From contig CACPPU010000001.1 of the NCBI GenBank assembly GCA_902635945.1, positions 431,216 to 495,215 on the forward strand: 64,000 nt of DNA, written 5' to 3'. The position numbers were made by a program, and so were the translations under genes. This document shows, in pieces, positions 56,464-64,000 of the stretch. This DNA comes from an uncultured Candidatus Actinomarina sp. GTDB taxonomy: Bacteria > Actinomycetota > Acidimicrobiia > Actinomarinales > Actinomarinaceae. The notes beneath the pieces were generated by a model. It searched no databases and was not told where the DNA came from. It saw only the letters and a list, made by a program, of their open reading frames with translations. Numbering within the stretch: the first letter of the stretch is position 1; every line of letters begins with the position of its first letter.

Positions 56464-57525
56464 TTAGACAGTTGGTATATTACTCTCAATGACAGTATCT
56501 ACACCTGCGTCTGTTTCTTTGATTGGACGTGCCTTAAGCAAGAGAACACCAACTACTGCCGATGCTGCTGTTGCTATGGCTACACCAGCTAATACTGGGA
56601 ACGCCCCACCTTTTGGAAGCATAGCAATGTATGCGAAAATACTTCCTGGTGAAGGAGGTCCAACTAGACCAGCTCCAGTTGCTACGAACCAGAGGTCAGC
56701 TGAAATTCCACCTGCCCACATAGCGATGATCATAATTGGATGACCAAGGACATATGGGAAATAGATTTCGTGGATTCCTCCAAAGAAATGAATAATGATT
56801 GAGCCAGGTGCGGATTCTTTCCACATACCAGTTCCAGCAAACCAATAAGCTAGAAGCAATCCAAGTCCAGGACCTGGGTTAGTTTCTAACAAGAAATAAA
56901 TTGATTGACCAGCTTCTGCTGACTCAGCTGCACCTAGAGGTGTTAACACACCTTGGTTAACAGCATTATTCAAGAACAATACTTTAGCAACCTCAATAGG
57001 AATGTCTGCTAATGGAACTAATCCACTATCAACAAGTGCTGCTGCACCATTTCCTAATGCTTCTGTGATTGCGTCTAGTACTGGACTTATAACATTATAA
57101 GCTATGACAGAAAGACCCCAACCTAAAATACCAAGTGAGAAGTTATCATATAACATCTCAAAGCCTTCAGGAATGCTGTCTTGTAATCTGTCGTCAACTT
57201 GCTTCATTACCCAAGCTGCTGCTGGTCCCATGACCATAGCGCCTAGGAACTGAGGTGAAGAAGTTGCAACAATAATAGCTGTTGTAACAACTGCACCGAT
57301 CACACCACCTCTATGACCGTGTACCATCTTTCCACCTGTGTAACCTAACAGAAGTGGAAGGAGGGTTAGAATCATAGGTCCAACCATGGATGACAAATCT
57401 TCATTTGGTGTCCAACCAGTTGGAATATAGAGTGCTGTAATCAAACCCCAAGCGATGAATGCGCCGATGTTAGGAATAACCATTCCTGACATAGCACCGC
57501 CAACGCGTTGTATGGATTCTTTCAT
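56464..57525 (-). CDS. mtlA: PTS mannitol-specific EIIC component
   Basis: GMVIPNIGAFIAWGLITALYIPTGW and overall hydrophobicity match the MtlA EIIC domain. Confidence 0.85.
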   Translation of the reverse strand: MKESIQRVGGAMSGMVIPNIGAFIAWGLITALYIPTGWTPNEDLSSMVGPMILTLLPLLLGYTGGKMVHGHRGGVIGAVVTTAIIVATSSPQFLGAMVMGPAAAWVMKQVDDRLQDSIPEGFEMLYDNFSLGILGWGLSVIAYNVISPVLDAITEALGNGAAALVDSGLVPLADIPIEVAKVLFLNNAVNQGVLTPLGAAESAEAGQSIYFLLETNPGPGLGLLLAYWFAGTGMWKESAPGSIIIHFFGGIHEIYFPYVLGHPIMIIAMWAGGISADLWFVATGAGLVGPPSPGSIFAYIAMLPKGGAFPVLAGVAIATAASAVVGVLLLKARPIKETDAGVDTVIESNIPTV

Positions 57526-57659
57526 ATTTACAATCCCCCTAACGATTGATTTTTATATTGATTAATTTATAAAATAATCACTCTTAATTATATGAAAATT
57601 AATCCTTGGATTCAGGTAAATTTAATGAAAATTTTACATTTTATGTAACTCTAAGGAAA

Positions 57660-57695
57660 GACTTAGGTCTCATTATCCCTAAGACTTTGTATAAT
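57660..57695 (+). promoter_or_regulatory. Putative -10 (TATAAT, 57690-57695) preceded by an imperfect palindrome (gaCTTAGG-n10-CCTAAGac)
   Basis: Read directly in the 200-nt divergent region between mtlA and the thioredoxin-like gene. A GAGG lies 6 nt before the ATG at 57726. Confidence 0.3.
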
Positions 57696-57725
57696 TGTGA
57701 AATATTTAACAAAAAGTGAGGAAAA

Positions 57726-58319
57726 ATGGACGTAGAATCAACAATGTTGCCCTTAGGTACTAAATTGCCTGAGTTTAACCTAAAAGGAATTGACGAAAAA
57801 TATTATAAAAATAGCGATTTTTCCGAAAATAATGGTCTTTTAGTGATGTTTATATGTAATCACTGTCCTTTTGTAAAGCACATCAATGAAGGATTGGTTG
57901 ATTTTACTAACGATTTAATAGCTAAAAATATTGGTGTTATTGGTATTAACTCAAATGACAGCTCACAGGAAAAATATGCTGAAGACAGCATTGAAAAGAT
58001 GAAAGAGTATGCAGCTGAATTAGGGTACCAGTTTCCTTATGTAGTTGATGAAGATCAAACAGTTGCAAAGAATTTTACTGCTCAATGCACACCGGATTTT
58101 TTCCTCTTTAATAGTGATTCAGAGCTTATTTATAGAGGACAGTTTGATTTCTCTAGGCCTGGAAATGACAAACCCGTAACTGGAGAAAGTTTGGCCCAAG
58201 CAGTAGATGCTTATCTAAATTCTAATGAAACCGTATCTCCGCAATATCCAAGCATGGGATGTAACATCAAGTGGAAAATAGATGAGGAGCCTGATTACTT
58301 CTTAGAAGTTAAGGGTTAA
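57726..58319 (+). CDS. Thioredoxin-fold thiol-disulfide oxidoreductase (AhpC/TSA-like)
   Basis: LVMFICNHCPFVKH CxxC motif within a thioredoxin-like pattern. Confidence 0.65.
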   Translation: MDVESTMLPLGTKLPEFNLKGIDEKYYKNSDFSENNGLLVMFICNHCPFVKHINEGLVDFTNDLIAKNIGVIGINSNDSSQEKYAEDSIEKMKEYAAELGYQFPYVVDEDQTVAKNFTAQCTPDFFLFNSDSELIYRGQFDFSRPGNDKPVTGESLAQAVDAYLNSNETVSPQYPSMGCNIKWKIDEEPDYFLEVKG

Positions 58320-58849
58320 TTTAAATCCTGAGTCTGAACAAAAAGTCTTCTGGAGCGAGCGCAGTCTAACTCTACAAAGAAAAGCCTCTGCCATCTTCCA
58401 ATAATTAATTCAGAATTGATTATTGGTAAAGTGACTCCGGTAGATCCAATTATTGTACCTCTCACGTGTGACCTACCATTTACGTTTTCATCCTCTTGCA
58501 TATTTTCTGTTCTTAAATCCCAATCATCATGTTCATAATAAGAATCAGACGGTACAAGTTCTTCAATCTTTTTTTTAAAGTCATTGATGTATCCTGTTTC
58601 GGATTCATTAATAACAACTGCTGTAGTTGTATGAGGTGTGAAAAGTGTTACAGAACCATGTTTAATACTACTTTTAGCAACAATTTCTAAAACAGCTTGA
58701 GTGAAATCACAAAATTGATTGGTTTCTTCGGTATCAAAATGTAGTGCTAAAGTAGCTGACTTGTTACTTTCTGACTTGTAGAGATCAACTAACTCAAAAT
58801 CGAGTTCTTGAGCTCCAATTCTTTGTTTATTATTTTTCATCAGTATCAA
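58316..58849 (-). CDS. YjbQ/UPF0047-family protein (secondary thiamine-phosphate synthase-like)
   Basis: FTPHTTTAVVINESE and the HVRGTIIGS pattern. Confidence 0.7.
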   Translation of the reverse strand: MILMKNNKQRIGAQELDFELVDLYKSESNKSATLALHFDTEETNQFCDFTQAVLEIVAKSSIKHGSVTLFTPHTTTAVVINESETGYINDFKKKIEELVPSDSYYEHDDWDLRTENMQEDENVNGRSHVRGTIIGSTGVTLPIINSELIIGRWQRLFFVELDCARSRRLFVQTQDLN

Positions 58850-58873
58850 ACTTTATAATAACTCTTTGTGAAA

Positions 58874-60103
58874 TTAATCACTATCTAATATTTGATTTTG
58901 ATAGTCCCAATATTCACATAGTTCATTATCTTGTGCATCCAGTTCATCAATTGCTATTGGGTTTCCTTTTGCTATAGCTTTAGTGACAACATTGTCTTCT
59001 GCAATTCCGATTGGGAGAAGGCCCTTTGATGATGATGTCTTCTGTGCTTTTCCATATATATAGTCTCCCCCAATTGAACCAAGGTTTGTGCCTGGTTCAA
59101 TGTCTTGTTTAGCATGTGCAACAACTTCAACGTTCCAGCTTTGTGCACTCAACTTGGAATACTTTTCCAACATAATGTGTCTTATTGTTCTTGGTATTTC
59201 AAGGCTTGTTAAATGATAGGGTCTGGCTAAAGTCCAGTAGGGACCTTTGCCCATTTTTAGATACTCCATTTCATAATTTACATAATCATCCTCGGAATAG
59301 ATTACTGCAAAAACACCTGGAGCAATTCCAAAAGCGAAATCAACAACTTGTGATTCATCCAGTAAGCCTCCATCTTTTTTGGGGATGTAGAACTGATTTA
59401 TATTTTCATATGTCGCCTCTATACCATGCATGCCATCAATATCTATATTGAAACCCAGAAAATTAGCGAGTGCAGCCATCTCGACCATCGTTTTAGTTCC
59501 ATCAACAAAACTGGTTAACATTTTTGGATTCATTTTTTTTAAAGATGCTTCTTTTGTTAATGAACTCGGAGTAGCAAATGTATCAAATGGGTTATTTTTA
59601 CCTTTTCCAATTGATATAACGTCAAAAGACAACTCTCTAGCAAAGTTATATAGATCAAGAGCAGCTACGGGTTCATCGCCATCAGCAACTGTCACTATTG
59701 CATTGTTTTTTTCTGCTTCTTTTCTTAAAGCTAAGCCGATAGTTGCCTCAGTTTCCACGTTTAATAAAATTAAATTAATACCTCGATTTAAAACATTCTT
59801 AGCAACAAGAGCCCCTGCAGCAGGTGTACCTGTTGCTTCAATTACAATGTCCAGTTCAACATTATCAAGAGCTGCAATACTGTCAGAACAAAGAGGCTCA
59901 TTTTCTTTGTGTTTTTTATACCTATCAGAAGCAATATCAAGTTGTTTTTGATTCCTATCAATAATACATACGAGGTCTACTCCATACATTTTTGATACTT
60001 GGGCTACAATTCCTTGTCCCATTTGACCTGCTCCAACAAGCCCTACTTTTACATTTTCATTTCGATCTTCTATAAAATTTTTAAATTTATCTAATTGGTT
60101 CAT
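58874..60103 (-). CDS. NAD(P)-binding oxidoreductase (homoserine-dehydrogenase-like with SAF-type C-terminal domain)
   Basis: The N-terminal VGLVGAGQMGQGIV Rossmann motif. The architecture is reminiscent of COG4091-type proteins. Substrate unknown. Confidence 0.5.
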   Translation of the reverse strand: MNQLDKFKNFIEDRNENVKVGLVGAGQMGQGIVAQVSKMYGVDLVCIIDRNQKQLDIASDRYKKHKENEPLCSDSIAALDNVELDIVIEATGTPAAGALVAKNVLNRGINLILLNVETEATIGLALRKEAEKNNAIVTVADGDEPVAALDLYNFARELSFDVISIGKGKNNPFDTFATPSSLTKEASLKKMNPKMLTSFVDGTKTMVEMAALANFLGFNIDIDGMHGIEATYENINQFYIPKKDGGLLDESQVVDFAFGIAPGVFAVIYSEDDYVNYEMEYLKMGKGPYWTLARPYHLTSLEIPRTIRHIMLEKYSKLSAQSWNVEVVAHAKQDIEPGTNLGSIGGDYIYGKAQKTSSSKGLLPIGIAEDNVVTKAIAKGNPIAIDELDAQDNELCEYWDYQNQILDSD

Positions 60104-60105
60104 TT

Positions 60106-60774
60106 TTAAATAACGGCTTTCTCAATAATTTCTAAATCACTTTTATAAGTAATTTTTAAGTTATTCTCCTCACCTCTAACTACCTGGGTTTCATGTTTAT
60201 TAAAGTTGAACATGCTTTCTGTTGTGTCAACCATACCAGTAATATTGTTTTTTGATAGAAATGAATAACACTCAAACAATTCTCTATATTTATAAATTTG
60301 AGGTGTCTGAATATCTACAATTTTTTTATGAGTAACAATTTCATCATTTTCTATATCATAAAATTTACTGTTGTCTAAGTAAGGCGCTGCAGATCCATGT
60401 TCTTTCGCTGTATTAACTAAGCTTGTTAAAAGCTCAGAGGACATAAAAGAACGAGCGGCATCGTGTATTGCAATCAAACAACTGTCTGTAGCTTTACCTT
60501 GTAAATACTGCAGTGCACAGTACTCACTTTCTTGTCTCGAATCTCCACCGAGTATAATTGAAACACTTTGATGTTCAGTGAAAAGTTTTTCTAATGCGGA
60601 CTTATTTAACTTAGAAGAAACTATCAATACTTCATCAATTTCATTACTGTCTAAAAAGGTTTCAACAGGATATAAGACTAGCTCTTTGCCATTTACTTTA
60701 TAAAAAAGTTTGTTTACTTCCGCATCAAAGCGGGTGCTATCACCTGCTGCAAGTATTACGCCATAAGTTTTCAA
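60106..60774 (-). CDS. IspD/TarI-family sugar(alditol)-phosphate cytidylyltransferase
   Basis: GVILAAGDSTRF, GGDSRQESE and IHDAARSF match IspD-family motifs. Confidence 0.75.
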   Translation of the reverse strand: MKTYGVILAAGDSTRFDAEVNKLFYKVNGKELVLYPVETFLDSNEIDEVLIVSSKLNKSALEKLFTEHQSVSIILGGDSRQESEYCALQYLQGKATDSCLIAIHDAARSFMSSELLTSLVNTAKEHGSAAPYLDNSKFYDIENDEIVTHKKIVDIQTPQIYKYRELFECYSFLSKNNITGMVDTTESMFNFNKHETQVVRGEENNLKITYKSDLEIIEKAVI

Positions 60775-60781
60775 TATAAAA

Positions 60782-62401
60782 CTATATTATGAACTTTCGT
60801 ACACTTTGTGAATTTTTTTGAGATAGTATTTCGTCTATATTTATATTTTTCAATGCTTCTTTTGCTTTTAGCAAAGATGAGACTATTGCTGGAGCTTGTG
60901 ATGGAGCTAGGCTAAATATTCTTAACCCCAAAAGATAAAGCATATAAGCTCCTTCTGTATCTGAGGCCATATCACCACAGACTGATACTTCAATATCATT
61001 TTTGTTAGCAGTATTAATGATGTTGTGTAGTAGCTTTAAAAAAGAAGGGTTTAGTGCATCATGATATTTATTTAAAGATGTAATACCTCTATCAGCTGCA
61101 AATGAATACTGGAGTAAATCATTAGTTCCAATTGAGAAAAAATCAACCTCATCGATATATATTTCTGGGGATATAGCAACTGACGGTGTTTCTACCATAA
61201 TCCCTATTTTGGGAATTTCGGCTCCTAATTTTCCTGCTACAGATACCACCACTTCTTTTGCTTCTTGAAAGTCCTCAAGAGTTGCAACCATTGGAAACAT
61301 TATTTTTACTTTTCCACTAATATTCGAATTCAAAATAGAACTGATTTGAGTTTCAAATAGTTGACTATTTTCTAAAGTAAGCCTAACCCCTCTTACTCCT
61401 AAAAATGGGTTCTCTTCCTGAGGTAGGTTTAAGTAATCAACTTGCTTGTCTCCACCAATATCTAATGTTCTATAAACAATAGTTTCCTCAAACTTTTCAT
61501 TAAGTAGGTTGTTTGAATTAATTAAGCTATCTAATTCAGGTTCTGATGATTCTTCTATGTAAAGAAATTCGGAACGAAACAAACCTATTGATTTAATTAA
61601 TGAATCTTTAAAACTTTTAATTTCATCCGTTGAGCCAATGTTTGCCCTAAGTTCAACGCCTAATTTATTCAAGTTTTCTTCTGTGTAGTTTTCAAGCTGT
61701 TTAGTTGTGGTTGCTTTATACTCTTCAACAATTTTTAATGAGCTTTCATCAGGATTAATAGTTAATTCCCCAGTTGAACCATTGATAATAACTTCTTCAA
61801 CATTATCTATATCAAAGTCAGCAATACTAATCCCTAAAATACATGGGATGCCGTAATTTTTAGCCACAATTACAGCATGAGAAGTTGGACCACCTTCTTT
61901 TACAACAAACCCTTTAACAAGATTTAAATTCATCGATGATGTTTCATTTGGTGTCAGCTCATTTGCAAAGATAACTTGAGGAACATCTGCATCAAACTCT
62001 ATAGATATATCTTGGAGGGTAAATATTAATTCTTTACCGATTGCTTCAATATCCTCCGATCTTTGTTGAAAATACTCATCATCCATTTGTTTAAATACTT
62101 CTGATTGTTCCAAAAATACGTCATAAATTTTCTCTAAGTTTGCTTCATTTAATTCGGATAAACTATTTATTAATTCAGGATCATTAAGAATTAAGATATA
62201 TGCTTCAAGAACTTCTGCTTCTATTTCTCGAGATGATGAATTATATTTCTCAATAATATTTTTATATTTTGCAGTTAATTCTTTTATTCCTTCATCAAGT
62301 GGGATAGCTGCAGCAATAGAAAAATCCAGCGTTCGTTCTATATTTATTGGCTTTCCAGCGTTAACTCCAGGCGATACTCCAGTGCCTTGTAAAACTCTCA
62401 T
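60782..62401 (-). CDS. ptsI: Phosphoenolpyruvate-protein phosphotransferase (PTS Enzyme I)
   Basis: GGPTSHAVIVAKNYGIPC (phospho-His), FRSEFLY, and FFSIGTNDLLQY. Confidence 0.9.
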   Translation of the reverse strand: MRVLQGTGVSPGVNAGKPINIERTLDFSIAAAIPLDEGIKELTAKYKNIIEKYNSSSREIEAEVLEAYILILNDPELINSLSELNEANLEKIYDVFLEQSEVFKQMDDEYFQQRSEDIEAIGKELIFTLQDISIEFDADVPQVIFANELTPNETSSMNLNLVKGFVVKEGGPTSHAVIVAKNYGIPCILGISIADFDIDNVEEVIINGSTGELTINPDESSLKIVEEYKATTTKQLENYTEENLNKLGVELRANIGSTDEIKSFKDSLIKSIGLFRSEFLYIEESSEPELDSLINSNNLLNEKFEETIVYRTLDIGGDKQVDYLNLPQEENPFLGVRGVRLTLENSQLFETQISSILNSNISGKVKIMFPMVATLEDFQEAKEVVVSVAGKLGAEIPKIGIMVETPSVAISPEIYIDEVDFFSIGTNDLLQYSFAADRGITSLNKYHDALNPSFLKLLHNIINTANKNDIEVSVCGDMASDTEGAYMLYLLGLRIFSLAPSQAPAIVSSLLKAKEALKNINIDEILSQKNSQSVRKFII

Positions 62402-62471
62402 AGAATAAAGTTAGTTAATTAATTAATTATTGCAATAGTTGTAATTTTAATAATTAATTAATGTTCAAAAT

Positions 62472-62876
62472 ATGGAATATAATTTTTTATTACTTGAAGA
62501 CAACAAATTGTCTATTAAAAAAAATAAAACCTTTTTGCAATTAACCCAAGAAAATATAGATAACCTCAAAGCAGATTACTCACTGATTTCAATCAATGAA
62601 ATTAAAGGCAATAACCCTCTTTCCTCAAAAGTGATAGAACTTCTCAAAAATAATGAAGTTGTAATAAATTTTGAAAAAGTGTCTAGCGCATTGAAAGAAT
62701 TGGAGCGCAATAAAATCATAGCTCATTTAAGTCGTGAAAATTTTAGAAAAATTTCTTTTCCAATTTTTGTTCAATCTGAATATTTAAAAACCTATTTAAA
62801 AGATTCTGGCCTACAATTTGAACTCAGTTTATTTTTAGAAAATTCTAATTTTCTGAAGATTGAGCTTGATTCTTAG
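62472..62876 (+). CDS. Hypothetical protein
   Basis: A 134-aa ORF in an otherwise empty gap. Its 3' end overlaps the convergent EamA gene by 32 nt. Confidence 0.3.
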   Translation: MEYNFLLLEDNKLSIKKNKTFLQLTQENIDNLKADYSLISINEIKGNNPLSSKVIELLKNNEVVINFEKVSSALKELERNKIIAHLSRENFRKISFPIFVQSEYLKTYLKDSGLQFELSLFLENSNFLKIELDS

Positions 62877-63699
62877 TATCAAAAATAACTTGGGCAATTC
62901 CAATAAGTAACACAATAGCAAATCCAACATACTGAGATACTCTTAATGATTCATTTAAAATCATTGCTCCAATAATTACTCCTGTTACGGGTTCAAGATA
63001 AGTTATTGTTCCAATAGATACAGGTGGTATAAATTTGATTACATACCAATAAGTCGTTAATCCAACCCCTGTTAGAAAAAATCCAAGGAACACGCTAACC
63101 AATAAATTGTCTAGCATCCAAGAAAATCCTTCATAGGTAAATGGAGATAGAATTATTGCTGCAAAAAATACTTGGACAAATGCAACATTAAGTCCTCCAA
63201 ATTGGACTGACTTTGAAGATCCATAAATTATTAAGATCGCCAAAGAAATTGCACTAACTAGTCCATAAACTACACCTAAAGCTGATGATATTGTAGAAAA
63301 ATCTAGAAGAAGATATAAGCCAAAAAAACCAATAAAGATAAGTGCCACTTGAAGTAGTTTGATATTTTTTCCACGGAATAATTCAATTATCAAAATAAAT
63401 ATTGGATATGAAAAAACTAGTCCAATTCCTACAGCTACTGTATTCAACTCTATAGATTTGAACATTGTTGACCAATGTATAGCTAGTAAGGGGCCTAGAA
63501 AAATTCCAGAATAAAGTAAATCTTTTGTAATCTGTCTTTTCTTAAGAACAAAAATTAGCAGGAACATAGTACCAAGAAAAGTTCTTATACCTACTAATGA
63601 CATAGAGCTAACATCAGATGTTCTAATGATTAGGGGAATAGATCCCCAGCAAATTGCTAATGAGCTAATGAGGAGATAGGCCCTAAGTTTTTTATTCAA
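62845..63699 (-). CDS. EamA/DMT-family transporter
   Basis: 10 TM helices in two EamA-like halves. TTG start 3 nt after the dnaB stop. Confidence 0.7.
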   Translation of the reverse strand: MNKKLRAYLLISSLAICWGSIPLIIRTSDVSSMSLVGIRTFLGTMFLLIFVLKKRQITKDLLYSGIFLGPLLAIHWSTMFKSIELNTVAVGIGLVFSYPIFILIIELFRGKNIKLLQVALIFIGFFGLYLLLDFSTISSALGVVYGLVSAISLAILIIYGSSKSVQFGGLNVAFVQVFFAAIILSPFTYEGFSWMLDNLLVSVFLGFFLTGVGLTTYWYVIKFIPPVSIGTITYLEPVTGVIIGAMILNESLRVSQYVGFAIVLLIGIAQVIFDTKNQAQSSEN

Positions 63700-63701
63700 A
63701 C

Positions 63702-64000
63702 TTATTGTTGGTCTTGTTTAGAGTAATTACTAAATTGTGTAAATTCTTTACTAAAGAAAAGATCGACTTTTCCAGTTTGTCCGGATCTGTTTTTGACAAT
63801 ATTTACTTCTGCAACACCCGGTGTTTCAGTACCTGGGTTGTAATAATCGTCTCTATAAAGCATCATAACTATATCTGCATCCTGCTCAATTGCTCCAGAC
63901 TCCCTTAAGTCACCTAAACGAGGTCTTTTGTCTTCTCTAGCCTCGGCCGCTCTGTTTAACTGCGAAAGTGCAAATATTGGAACTTTGAGTTCTCTTGCTA
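63702..64000 (-). CDS. dnaB: Replicative DNA helicase DnaB, C-terminal end (5' part outside window)
   Basis: Not in the ORF track. My reverse-complement translation gives ARELKVPIFALSQLNRAAEAREDKRPRLGDLRESGAIEQDADIVMMLYRDDYYNP...KQDQQ*, the conserved DnaB C-terminal motifs. Confidence 0.85.
   Translation of the reverse strand, partial: ARELKVPIFALSQLNRAAEAREDKRPRLGDLRESGAIEQDADIVMMLYRDDYYNPGTETPGVAEVNIVKNRSGQTGKVDLFFSKEFTQFSNYSKQDQQ

Noticed and set aside
63705-63908. 67-aa plus-strand ORF at the right edge
   Set aside because: It is antisense to the clear DnaB C-terminus that I translated on the minus strand (63702-64000).
1-64000. CRISPR arrays, rRNA genes and long tandem repeats
   Set aside because: I saw no regularly spaced direct repeats of 25-40 nt and no rRNA-like conserved blocks. 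The only significant repeats are the tRNA-Phe fragments and the short GC-rich motifs listed above.

Overview
This is an AT-rich, very gene-dense bacterial chromosome segment with many overlapping start/stop codons. A WhiB-family regulator, a GlnR-like orphan regulator and a type II glutamine synthetase point to Actinobacteria. The very low GC suggests a streamlined aquatic or marine lineage such as Actinomarinales, but that is inference only. All family calls come from reading motifs in the supplied translations; no database search was possible.

Layout:
(1) 1-41246 is a very large cell-envelope glycan biosynthesis and modification island. It holds GDP-fucose synthase, about 17 glycosyltransferases of several folds, four methyltransferases, an OafA-type O-acyltransferase, a fused ABC exporter and a WbaP-type initiating phosphoglycosyl transferase. 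It also holds four large polytopic proteins (two with O-antigen-ligase-like signatures) and a TagA/WecG-type GT26.
(2) A tRNA cluster sits inside the island: tRNA-Phe and tRNA-Asp at 33.1-33.26 kb, tRNA-Lys at 34.8 kb and tRNA-Arg at 40.4 kb. Two extra exact copies of the 3' 44-45 nt of tRNA-Phe lie at 27559 and 30448. They delimit two tandem integrase-less islets. Islet 2 is a tightly overlapping five-gene operon encoding only small membrane, lipoprotein or exported proteins that I cannot assign to any family.
(3) 41.2-64 kb is core genome. It contains argS, glnII with a glnR-like gene, Fe-S carriers (Nfu-like, IscA-like, ApbC), translationally coupled apbC-selA-selB (selenocysteine machinery), whiB-like, NfeD-like and CNNM/CorC genes. 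It also contains a split mannitol PTS operon with ptsH and a strong internal terminator, a ptsI/cytidylyltransferase/oxidoreductase/yjbQ operon, an EamA transporter and the 3' end of dnaB.

I saw no rRNA, CRISPR array, integrase or transposase.
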